Source: Anaeramoeba ignava BMAN (taxonomy: Eukaryota > Protista > Anaeramoebae). From it: a DNA stretch of 64,000 bases. The notes beneath the pieces are model-generated. The model saw only the letters and a program-made list of their open reading frames with translations. It was not told the DNA's origin and made no database searches. The DNA is taken from NCBI GenBank assembly GCA_028826165.1, contig JAPDFW010000081.1, forward strand, positions 620,001-684,000, in the 5' to 3' direction. The translations under genes and the position numbers were made by a program. Below, one piece after another: positions 1 to 14,186 of this stretch. How positions within the stretch are numbered: position 1 is the stretch's first letter; each line of letters begins with the position of its first letter.

Positions 1-17
1 TAAAAAAATTTTTCTAG

Positions 18-2369
18 AAGGATTTAATTACAGTACAACAGTTGTTGCACTTCATTTTCTTTTTACTTCAATTGGGATACATCTTTGTGCTTATTTCAAG
101 CTTTTTGAACCAAAAAAGATTCCATTCAAATCTGTTCTCAAACTTACTTTGAGTTTTTGTGGTTTTGTTGTTTTGACAAACTTATCTTTACAATACAATT
201 CAGTTGGTTTTTATCAATTAATGAAAATTCTTACTTCTTTTTTTATTATTATCATCCAAATTCTTATTTATCGCGTCGAATTTGGAAGTAAAATTATTCA
301 AACTGTTTTTGTTGTTATTTTGGGTGTTGTTATTGGTTCAGTCACAGATTTTTCTTTTAATGTCCTTGGTTCAATTATTGCATTATGTGGAGTTATTGTT
401 ACATCTTTTTATCAAATTGTATTTGTTTCAAATTTCTATTTCTAATTCTATTAATTTAATTTTAATTTTAATTTTAATTTTAATTTTAATTTTAATTTTA
501 ATTTTTTTAATTTTAATTTTAATTTTAATTTAATTTTAATTTTAATTTTAATATTAATTTTATTTTATTTCTAATTTAATATTTAATTTTATTTCTATTT
601 CTATTTCTATTTCTATTTCTAATTTCTATTTTTTAATTCTAATTTCTAATTCTAATTCTAATTCTAATTCTAATTCTAATTCTAATTCTATTTCTATTTC
701 TATTTCTATTTCTATTTCTATTTCTATTTCTATTTCTATTTCTATTTCTATTTCTATTTCTATTTCTATTTCTATTTCTAATTTCTATTTCTATTTCTAT
801 TTCTAATTCTATTTCTATTTCTATTTCTATTTCTATTTCTATTTCTATTTCTATTTCTGTTTTCTATTTCTATTTCTAATTCTATTAATTTTAATTTTTA
901 ATTTTAATTTTTTTTTAATTATTAATTTCTAATTTCTATTTCTATTTCTATTTCTATTTCTATTTCTATTTATTTCTATTCTGTTTCTGTTTCTATTTCT
1001 TCTAATTTATTTCTGTTTCTATTTCTAATTCTAATTCTAATTCTAATTCTAATTCTAATTCTAATTCTGTTTCTATTTCTGTTTTTCTATTTCTATTTTG
1101 TTCTATTTCTGTTTCTATTCTATTTCTGTTTCTGTTTCTGTTTCTATTCTATTTCTATTTCTATTTCTATTTCTGTTCTGTTTCTATTTCTATTTCTATT
1201 TCTATTTCTATTTCTAATTCTATTTCTATTTCTATTTTCTATTTCTAATTCTATTTCTATTTCTGTTTCTATTTCTAATTCTAATTTTTATTCTATTTCT
1301 GTTTCTGTTTCTAATTCTATTTATTTCTAATTTCTATTTCTAATTCTGTTTTCTGTTTCTATTTCTAATTTCTATTTCTATTTCTAATTCTATTTCTATT
1401 TCTATTTCTAATTCTAATTCTAATTCTATTTCTATTTCTAATTCTATTTCTAATTCTAATTCTATTTCTATTTCTATTTCTATTTATTTTAATTCTAATT
1501 CTAATTCTAATTTAATTCTATTTCTATTTTTTTCTGTTTTATTTCTATTTCTAATTTCTAATTCTATTTCTATTTCTATTTCTATTTCTATTTCTATTTC
1601 TATTTCTAATTCTAATTCTATTTCTATTTCTATTTCTATTTCTATTTCTATTTCTATTTCTATTTCTATTTCTATTTCTATTTCTATTTCTATTTCTATT
1701 TCTAATTCTATTTCTATTTCTAATTCTATTTCTATTTCTAATTCTATTTCTATTTCTAAAGTGGGTTGGTTCTGAACAAAAATCTCAGAATATTGATAGT
1801 ACTCAATTATTATATTATCAAGCTCCATTATCATTTCTTTTACTTTGTTTTATTGCTCCAATGATGGATCCATTTTCAGAAATTGTTCATTTTAATTATA
1901 CACCTAAACTTGTTGTAAATAAAATTAAAATCAAAATCAAAATTAAAATTCATTTTGATTTAAAAATTAAAATTAAAATTCATTTTGATTTAAAAATTAA
2001 AATTAAAATTAATTTTGATTTAAAAATTAAAATTAAAATTCATTTTGATTTAAAAATTAAAATTAAAATTAAAATTTTTAGTTCTTCATCTTTACAAGTG
2101 CTTTTTTAAGTTTTTTTGTTAATATTTCAATTTATTTACTAATTGGAAAAACATCAGCATTAACTTATAATATTTTCGGACACACAAAAAGTGTTTGCAT
2201 TTTAATAGCACATTTTGTTGTTTTTAAAAGTCCTTTAAGTTGGAAACAAATTTTTGGAATATTACTTACTTTAGCTGGAGTTTTTAAATATACTCAATTA
2301 AAATTACAAAAAGAAAATAAACCAAATACTCCTCTTCCAACTGTTGATAAAGGAACATTAAAAGATTAA
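18..2369 (+). CDS. Nucleotide-sugar/triose-phosphate transporter family protein (SLC35E3-like), 5'-partial; exons 18-418, 1762-1914, 2082-2369
   Basis: GT-AG splicing gives a continuous multi-pass protein: ...LTNLSLQYNSVGFYQLMKILT...FYQI|WVGSEQK...QLLYYQAPLS...LLIGKTSALTYNIFGHTKSV...; these are typical SLC35E3/plant UXT-URGT motifs. Confidence 0.85.
440..1757 (+). repeat. Intronic hexamer microsatellite (TTTTAA/TTCTAA/TTTCTA)n
   Basis: Directly visible; fills intron 419-1761. Confidence 0.95.
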
Positions 2370-2783
2370 TTAAAAGATAAATCCAATCCAATTTAATATT
2401 CTCCTTTTTTTTTTTTACTAAAAGATCTTTTCACTTTTTTTTTTTGTTTTTTTTTTTTTTGATTGAGAAAATAAAGTAAAATTTAAAAGAAAAGAAAAGA
2501 GAAAATTTTTATTTATTTATTATTTGATCAATTTAAATTAAATTTTTTATTAAATTTTTTTTTTAATTTTTTTTTGTTTGGTAAATAAAAAAAGAAGAAA
2601 AAGAAAAAGAAAGGAAATTGTGAATCCTTTTTCTTTTTTTAATTTCCATTTTTCCACATTTTTTTTTTTCAATTAAAAAATTTATTTTTCATTTTTTTTT
2701 CATTTTTTTTATTTTCTCATCTTTTTTTTTTAAATTAAATTAAATTAAATTAAATTAAAATAAATTAAAATAATAAAAGCACA

Positions 2784-5700
2784 ATGGGAAATGCAAATCA
2801 AGTTAAATCAGTAATTGAGAAAAAAAAGATCTCATCATATAAACAAATGATATCAAGTTCTGATAAAACACTTTTTGTGGCAACTTCAAAAGGAAAGCTT
2901 ATTGAATTCAGCCAACCGACAATAGAACTTTTTGCAGCATCAACAAGGAAAGAAATGAGCAAAACTAAATTTGTTCATATTGTACCAAAAGTTCAAAAAA
3001 TTCCTGAAATTCAAAGCAAAAATAAAATGAAACTTATTATTGAAAATGCTTTGAAGTAAAAAAAATTTTTTTTATTCGTTTCTTTATTTCTTTTCAACCC
3101 TTTTTTAATGTTGAAATGTTTAATAGTTACTTTATAAAATTATTCAAATTATCTATTTTTAAACGCGAAGAAAATTAATTAAGAAATTTAACTGAAAAAT
3201 TGAAAAAGAAAAGAAAAATAAATTAAAATTAAAATAAATTAAAAATTAAAAAAAGAATTAAAATAAAAATAAAAAAAAAGAATTAAAATTAAAATTAAAA
3301 AAAGAATTAAAAAAAGAAAAGGAATTAGATCAAATTAAATTAAAAAAAGATCACTACATTTTACATCAAATCATTTTAATTTATTTCAATTTAAATTATT
3401 TCAAATCATTTCAAATCATTTCAATTTAAATCATTTCAATTTAAATCATTTCAAATTAAATTATTTCAATTTAAATTATTTCAATTTAAATCATTTCAAT
3501 TTAAATCATTTTTTAAATTAATTTTTAAATTTAAATTCATTTTTTGAATATTTAGAAGTGAAAAAGGTTTTACTGATGATGATTTCCAATGGAAAGATCT
3601 TCGCGGAAAGCTTTTTTGGACACATATTTGGATTACACCTTTAAGTCTTGATGGGAACTTTCGAATCCAATGCTTAATTGAAAAAATATCAAAACCACTT
3701 GCAATGATTGAAAAAGAAAAAGAAGAAGAACAAGCAAGATTAAGTAAAGAAGCAAAAGAAGAAAAACAAAGATTAAAAAAAGAACTGGAATCATTAAAAA
3801 AATCAATCAAACAATTAAAATTCGAAAAAAACAAATTAACGGCACAAATGGATCATCGAGGATCATTAGAAATGAGACTTCAGGCAATGAAAGAAAGACT
3901 GGAAAATATACAAAAAGAATCATCTTCTTTGATCCATGAAATTGATCAAGCCAACAAATCAGTTAAAAATCATCCAATTAATCAAGAAGCAAAAATTCAA
4001 GAACTTCGTTTATTGAAAAAAAAACTCAAATTTGAAAATCAAAAATTATATTCTCAACAAACAACTTCCGATTTATTGAAAAACGTTCGGAATGTTCGTG
4101 ATAAAATCAAATTAAGTGAAGATGAAACAAATAATATTCAAAAGGAGTTTATTCAGAAACAAGAAAAGCTTAAGGATTTGCAAGAAGCTTTACATACAAA
4201 AGCTGTTGAAGAAAAAATCTCTCTTTTCCAGAAAAAATTATTGAAAAAACAAACTCAAATCGAAAAGGAAAAGTATGAAATATCAAATTTAACAAGTTTT
4301 CTTCGCTCACAAAAAATTGCTGCTCAACAACAACTTGACTCAATGAAAATGCAGATCAAAGAGAAGAAAAACGAAAATAAAAATTTGCAAAAGGAAGTTG
4401 ATGCTTTATCAAAAGAGCTTACTTTAGCCGAAAGTGATTATGAATTGAGTCAAAATATTTCAAATAATTCGGATTCTATTGTTCAATCTGATCCAATTTC
4501 CATAAATGAACTTGCTGATAAAAAGTTGAAAAGATCGAATACAGTACCAGCAAAGTATATAATATTTAACAAAAATATTTAAATCAAATCAAATCAAATT
4601 AAATTAAATTAAAAATAAATATTTAAATCAAATCAAAAATAAATATTTAAATTAAATCAAAAATAAATATTTAAATCAAATCAAAAATAAATATTTAAAT
4701 CAAATCAAAAATAAATATTTAAATCAAATCAAAAATAAATATTTAAATCAAATCAAAAATAAATATTTAAATTAAATCAAAAATAAATATTTAAATTAAA
4801 TCAAAAATATTTAAATTAAATTAAAAATAAATACTTAAATTAAATCAAAAATAAATATTAAAAATAAATAAAAAAAAAAAAAATATTTTTAAATTAAATT
4901 AAATCAAAATTAAATATTTAAATTAAATTAAATCAAAATTAAATATTTAAATTAAATTAAATCAAAATTAAATATTTAAATTAAATTAAAAATAAATATT
5001 TAAATCAAAAAATAAATATTTAAATCAAATCAAAAATAAATATTTAAATTAAATCAAAAATATTTAAATTAAATCAAATCAAAAATATTTAAATCAAATC
5101 AAATCAAATTAAATTAAAAATAAATATTTAAATTAAATCAAAAAAAAATATTTTCCTTAGATTTCAAAATAATACTCCAACAAGAGACCCGTTTATTAAA
5201 GTACTTTTCGCAAAAACAAAATTTATTCAGTTTCTTTAATTTTAAGCAAATCATTTTAACATCAAATTTTACATTTAAAAAATTTTATTTTCTTTTCTTT
5301 TTGTTTAAAAAAAAAGTCAAACTTTAATCAAACTAATATTTTTGAAGTATTACGAGAACCTGTTGGTGTTATGCATTTCCAAGATTATCTTTCTCATCAA
5401 TTTGAGGTTGAAAATTTGATGATTTGTATTGCAATTTCAGAATTTAAAACAATTACAGATGAAAAAGTAATTCCAAAAATATTTAAATTTAAAATATTAA
5501 ATTTAAAATATTAAATTTAAAATATTAAATTTAAAATATTAAATTTAAAATATTCAATTTAAAATATTCAATTTAAATATTCAATTTAAAATATTCAATT
5601 TAAAATATTCAATTTAAAATATTCAATTTAAATATTCAATTTAAAATATTTAATTTAAATATTCAATTTAAATATTCAATTTAAAATATTCAATTTAAAA

Positions 5701-7493
5701 ATAATAAAGATGAGAAGAAAGAAAAGTGAAGAAATTTACAAAAAATTTATTAAGAAAGATTCAATATTTGAAATTTTCCTTGAAAATGAAGAAAGAGAAA
5801 ATCTTCGACAAATGATTTTAAATGGAGTTGCTTCTTCTGATATGTTTGATGAAGTTCAACAGATAATTTTAAAGCATTTATCAGATGAATCATTACCAAA
5901 TTTTATGAACACAATTTATTTTCAAAGTTTTTATCGCGATATGCAAACAAAAACAGTTGTTAAAATGCCTCATCAGGTTAATTTATCAACAATAATTTCT
6001 TTTTCAAAAAAAAAAGATTAATTTTTTAAATTTTTAAATTTAATTTCACAAAAAATGAAACCAAATTTAAACAGGCTTTGTTGGTTCATCAAGTTAATAG
6101 ATCTAATTCTTTAAATATGTCATTTAATATTTCTCAAACAATTCAATATAAATATCCATTTCAAGTTGCTTTGGAGTTGATTAAATCATTGATTGATATT
6201 TTAGCTTCTAATTTTTCAATAAGAACTCAACAAGTTGATTTAAATACACTTTCTCAATCAATTCCTTTTAGAAGATTTGCAAATGCAACATCTGAATTAC
6301 AAAATGTATTTTAATTTTTAAATCAAAATGAATTATAATTTTAAATTTAATTTTTAAATCAAAATGAATTTTAATTTTAATTTTGATTTTAATTTTAATT
6401 TTGATTTTAATTTTAATTTTAATTTTAATTTTAATTTTAATTTTAATTTTAAATTTTAATTTTAAAATAATTTTAATTTTTAAAGATAAAATTAAGTGAT
6501 TTAGAAAAAAATCAAATTATTCCATTTTTTGTTAATATCTACAATCTACTTTATTTACATGGAGCAATTCTTAATGGAGTACCACTTGATAAAGCAATGG
6601 AAAATAAATTTTTTCATGAAACAACTTATATTATTGATCATCATGTATTTTCACTAAATGATATTTTGCATGGAATTTTAAGATGCAATAAACCACAACC
6701 AAAATCAAATGAAAAAGTATTCTCTTCTCATGATAAAAGGTTATTTATTGTTCCAGAACAATTCGATTCAAGAGTTCATTTTGCTTTAACAGATTTGGAT
6801 CAAGAATCCCCTCCAATTCGCGTTTTTTATCCTCATAATTTTTCTCAATTTTTGGAACAACATACAAAAGCTTATCTTACAACTTATTTTAGAATTAGCA
6901 ATAAAACAAAAAGAGTAAAATATTCAAAATAAATATTCAAATAAATATTCAAAATATTTAAATAAATATTTAAATAAATATTCAAAATAAATATTTAAAA
7001 TAAATATTCAAAATATTTAAATAAATATTCAAAATATTCAAAATTAAAAATATTTAAATATTCAAATAAATATTCAAAATAAATATTCAAAATATTTAAA
7101 ATAAATATTTAAATATTCAAAATATTTAAAATAAATATTCAAAATATTTAAAATATATATTCAAAATATTTAAATAAATATTCAAAATATTTAAATAAAT
7201 ATTCAAAATATTTAAATAAATATTCAAAATATTAAAAATAAATATATTAAAATAAATATTTTAAATAAATATTCAAAATATTTAAAATATTTAAAATAAA
7301 TATTTAAATAAATAATATTCTTTCTGTAATTTAGGTTCTTCTTCCAAAAATGTTTGGTGTTTTTCCATCTGATTTTGGTGAAAATCATTCACAAATCATT
7401 CAATATATTTCACACTTTTTAGATGATAAAAAATTATTAAAATTATTCAAAATAAATCAACAATTTATATTTAAAATTAATATTCAAAAATAA
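2784..7493 (+). CDS. PAS-like + coiled-coil + RGS + DUF547-like protein; ~8 exons (2784-3055, 3556-4554, 5161-5200, 5317-5466, 5710-5976, 6076-6305, 6486-6914, 7335-7493)
   Basis: PAS-like N-terminus (FVATSKGKLIEFSQPTIELF...FQWKDLRGKLFWTHIWITP), long coiled coil, RGS box (VLREPVGVMHFQDYLSHQFEVENLMI...IYKKFIKKDS...MFDEVQQIILKHLSDESLPNF), DUF547 motifs (FFVNIYNLLYLHG...FSLNDILHGILRCN...DSRVHFAL); phase-compatible GT-AG joins. Confidence 0.75.
4575..5150 (+). repeat. Intronic ~24-bp AT-rich tandem repeat (AAATATTTAAATCAAATCAAAAAT-like)
   Basis: Directly visible within intron 4555-5160. Confidence 0.85.
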
Positions 7494-7862
7494 ATGTTCT
7501 TCCAAAGGTGTAATTATTTTCGACACAGATTATAATTATGATGAAAATATTTAAATATTTTTTTAAAAGTTGACGATTCCATTTTTCAGTTCAATTTTTA
7601 TTTAAAAATAACAGAAAAAAAAAATTTTTAATTTTAATTTTAATTTAAAAAGAAATCGTCAATAAAAATTTAATTGTTTTTTTTTTTGAATATCAATTTG
7701 TTTTTTGTTTTGGAATCTAAAAAAAAAAATGAAATTAAAAAAATTCAATTCCAAAATTAAAAATTTTATTCTTTTTTATTTTGAAAAAGCAAAAAAAAGA
7801 GGAAAAAAGGAAAAAAGTGGAACAAAAAAAAAATTTCGATGTTGATTTAAATAATTATTTAA

Positions 7863-9642
7863 TTAATTCAAAGCAACATATTTAACACAATTTGAAACCA
7901 ATTGCAAACCATCTGTTGAAAGAGCATCCCAATAATTTGAACGAACTTTACTTGAAATTGGATAAAAATTAAGAGTAACAACAGAACCATAACTAAATTT
8001 GATTCTTTTTTCAGTGACTAAAGGCAATCCATTATCCCAAGTAGCAATTACTTTAGTATCTGAAGAAACCTTAGTATTGATTTGATAAGAAACATCTCCT
8101 CCATCGAGATTTGAAACACCATTTACAATGGGATGTTTTTCATGTTCAATTTTTCCGAGTTTATGTTTTATTCCTGCAAATCTTTTTCCTTTTGAAATTC
8201 CAAGAAAATCTTCATCAATAATTTTTCCTTTTATTTCTGCTTCATTTTTAAAAGTGAGTGAAGGTTGAACAAGTGCATCAAGTGCTGAGACAACTAAACC
8301 TCCACCTTTTTGAACATATTCTGCTAATTTTATTCCTAAATTGATTGAGTCTTTTATTTTGGAATAACAAATTAAAAAGATTGCATCGTATTGAAGCAAG
8401 TGTGATACAAGTGGTGTTTTCTTAGTTGCATCCCAAACTTCTACTGTTTGAATTTCTGATGTTTTAATTGTTTGAATGAGATCGTTGAGGTGGTCTTGAC
8501 GAGTTTCTGTTGATACAATTAAGACTTTAATCTAAATAAAAATTAAAATTAAAATTATAATTAAAATTAATATTAAAATCAAAATTAAAATTAAAATTAA
8601 AATTAAAATTAAAATTAAAATTAAAATTAAAATTAAAATTAAAATTAAAATTAAAATTAAAATTAAAATTAAAATTAAAATTAAAATCAAAATTAAAATT
8701 AAAATTAAAATTAAAATTAAAATTAAAATTAAAATTAAAATTAAAATTAAAATTAAAATTAAAATTAAAATTAAAATTAAAATTAATATTAATATTATAA
8801 TTAATATTATAATTATAATTAAAATTAGTTCATACATCACTCTCACTCTTCTTAATTTTTCTTGAACCTCTACAAAGAATTCTGGAAGGATTAACAACTA
8901 GTTTTTCATTAACTAAACCAGATTGATTAACAAAATCAATTTCATCTTGTCTCATCAAATCAAAATGAATCAAATCAATCAAATCTCCAATAGTATTTTT
9001 AATAGTAGAAATATCAATATTTATGAGATGATTAAAAGAATGAGCCCAATCAATAAGGGCTTTAAAAAGAATAATTTCTGGAGTTTGAATATTCGGGAAA
9101 TTCAAAATATTTTGGATCGTTTCACGTTTTAAATCACGAAAACACTTTTCATTAAAAACATTATCAGAATGAACTTCAATAAAACGTTGCAATTCATCTT
9201 TTTCAAAACCGACAAGTTTCAAAGAGTCAAAAATCTCGAAAATCAATAAACAATTATCTTCAATTATGTTATCTTTAATAAAAGTACTGCATAAAACTTG
9301 GAGGTCATCTAGCATATATTTATCGGCAGCCATCAGAACTTCGATTGCATTATCCCCAGTCAAAGTTTTTGGGTTTCTTGTGTACGCATAATCCAAAAGC
9401 ACCAAGAATGCATTAGGTTCAACATCTGGTATTCTAATCACAATAAAATCTTCGTTCTTGCTTTCGCTGATTTCTTTCCATTTTAATCCATAAAACATTC
9501 GCATCCAATACTCGCTTGCTGTTGATAAAAGTACTTTGTGGCCATACATCTCCTCTTCTTTGTGTCCAACTAGGAATTTTACATCCGCTATGTCTTTTTG
9601 GTTTACTAAATTTCTTAATACTTCTTCTATTGTTTTTGACAT
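7863..9642 (-). CDS. BTB/POZ-BACK protein with C-terminal class-I glutamine-amidotransferase/ThuA-like domain; exons 9642-8836 and 8531-7863
   Basis: ADVKFLVG...YGHKVLLSTASEYWMRMFY...AFLVLLDYAYT...AADKYMLDDL (BTB), PEIILFKALIDWA (BACK); intron 8532-8835 is GTATG...TTTAG with (AAAATT)n; C-terminal YDAIFL...LAEYVQKGGGLVV...HPIVNGV...IATWDNGLPLV. Confidence 0.85.
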
Positions 9643-9653
9643 TCTTTTTTAAA

Positions 9654-9755
9654 ATGAAAAATGAAAAATGAAAAATGAAAAATGAAAAATGAAAAATGAA
9701 AAATGAAAAATGAAAAATGAAAAATGAAAAATAAAAAATGAAAAATAAAAATGAG
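9654..9755 (-). promoter_or_regulatory. Tandem (TTTTTCA)n Inr-like elements immediately 5' of the BTB gene
   Basis: (AAAAATG)n on + is (CATTTTT)n on the coding strand, starting ~10 bp upstream of the ATG; the same motif precedes most genes in the window. Confidence 0.5.
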
Positions 9756-10215
9756 AACTGAAAAAAATTTATTTTTTATTTTTTATTAAAATTGGAATTT
9801 CCCTTCAATTTCTATTTCAATTTCTTTTTCAATTTCTTTTTCAATTTCTTTTTCAATTTCTTTTTCAATTTCTTTTTCAATTTCTTTTTCAATTTCTATT
9901 TCAATTTTATTTTTATTTTTATTCCACTTTTTCTTTTTATTTAAATGTTGTGGAAAATTTAGTTCGATTTTAATTTAGATTTTTATTTGAATCTTTAAAT
10001 AAATTCTTAAAATATTTTTTTTTTGTGTTTTTGTTTTGAAAAATAAAAAAGGGAAAATAAAATTTTTTTTGAGGATCATTCAAATTATTCTCAAAAAAGA
10101 ACAGAAAAAAAATTGAAAGAAAAAATTGAAGAAAAAAAAAATGGAACGAAAATCCAACAAAACAAATGAAAAAAAAAGTGAAATAAATTGGAGTTTTTTT
10201 GGAATTAACTAATGT

Positions 10216-11984
<1,769 letters not shown>

Positions 11985-12117
11985 GTTAGATCAAATTAAA
12001 AAAGAAAAGAAAGAAAGTAAATAAAAGAGAATAAAAGAAAACAAATGAAAAAAATGAAAAAAAAATGAAAAAACTTTTTTTTAATTAAATTTTTTAATTA
12101 TTTTTTTATCATAAAAA

Positions 12118-14135
12118 TTAGTCATTTTTTATTAATAAAATTATTATCCAATTATTAATCAAATTATTAATCAAATTATTAATAAAATTATTAATAAAAT
12201 TATTATCCAAATTATTAATAAAATTATTATCCAAATTATTAATAAAATTATTAATAAAATTATTAATAAAATTATTAATTAAATTATTAATAAAATTATT
12301 TATAAAAATAAAATTATTATCCAAATTATTAATAAAATTATTAATCAAATTATTAATCAAATTATTAATAAAAAATTATTAATAAAATTATTAATCAAAT
12401 TATTAATCAAATTTATTAATAAAATTATTATCCAAAATTATCAATAAAATTATTAATAAAATTATTAATAAAATTATCAATAAAATTATTAATAAAATTA
12501 TTATCCAAATTATTATCCAAATTATTAATAAAATTATTAATAAAATTATTAATCAAATTATTATCCAAATTATTAATAAAATTTTTAATAAAATTATTAA
12601 TAAAATTTTATTATCCAAATTATTATCAAATTATTAAAATTATTAATCCAAATTATTATCCAAAATTAATAAAATTATTATCCAAATTATTAATCAAAAT
12701 TATTATCCAAATTATTAATCAAATTATTATCCAAATTATTAACCAAATTATTAATCAAATTATTAATAAAATTATTAATCAAATTATTAATAAAATTATT
12801 AATAAAATTAATCAAATTATTAATAAAATTATTAATCAAATTATTAATCAAATTATTATCCAAATTATTAATAAAATTATTAATCAAATTATTATCCAAA
12901 TTATTAATAAAATTATTATCCAAATTATTAATAAAATTATTAATAAAATTATTAAAATTATTAATAAAATTATTAATCAAATTATTAATCAAATTATTAT
13001 CCAAATTATTAATAAAATTATTAATCAAATTATTAATAAAATTATCCAAATTATTAATAAAATTATTATCCAAAATTATTAATCAATTTATTATCAAAAA
13101 TTATAAATAAAATTATTAATAAAATTATTTATAAAATTATTAATCAAATTATTAATAAAATTATTAATAAAATTATTAATCAAATTATTAATAAAATTAT
13201 TAATAAAATTATTAATAAAATTATTAATCCAAATTATTAATCCAATAAAATTATTAATAAAATTATTATCAAAATTATTAATCAAATTATTAATCAAAAT
13301 TATTATCCAAATTATTAATCAAATTATTAATCAAATTATTAATAAAATTATTAATAAAAATTATTAATAAAATTATTAATAAAATTATTAATCAAATTAT
13401 TAATAAAATTATTAATAAAATTATTAATAAAATTATTAATAAAATTATTAATAAAATTATTAATAAAATTATTATCCAAATTATTATCAAAATTATTAAT
13501 AAAATTATTATCCAAATTATTATCCAAATTATTAATAAAATTATTATCCAAATTATCAATAAAATTATTATTCAAATTAATAAATTATTAATAAAATTAT
13601 TAAAATTATTAATCAATTATCCAAATTATTAATCAAATTATTAATAAAATTATTATTAAATTATAAAATTATTAATAAAATTATTAATAAAATTATTAAT
13701 AAAATTATTAATAAATTATTAACCAAATTATTAATAAAATTATTAATAAAATTATTAATAAAATTATCAATCAAATTATTAATAAAATTAATAAAATTAT
13801 TATCCAAATTATTAATCAAATTATCAATCAATTTATTATCCAAATTATTAATCAAATTATTAATCAAATTATTAATCAAATTATTAATAAAATTATTAAC
13901 CAAATTATTAATAAAATTATTAATAAAATTATTAATAAAATTATTAATCAAATTATTATCCAAATTATTAATCAAATTATTAATAAAATTATTATCCAAA
14001 ATTATTAATAAAATTATTAACCAAATTATTAATAAAATTATTAATCAAATTATTAATAAAATTATTAATCAAATTATTTATAAAATTATTTATCAAATTA
14101 TTAATTAAATTATTAATAAAATTATTAATAAAATT
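12118..14135. repeat. 2-kb 12-mer satellite (AAATTATTAAT[A/C], variant AAATTATTATCC) between divergent Rab5 and PLRG1
   Basis: Directly visible; generates the spurious INNF/LDNN ORFs. Confidence 0.95.
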
Positions 14136-14186
14136 TTTTTTTCATTTTTTCATTTTTTCATTTTTTCTATTTTATTAAAATTTATT

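Noticed and set aside
12118-13999. ORFs of INNF/LDNN repeats
   Set aside because: Translations of a stop-poor 12-mer satellite with no unique coding sequence.
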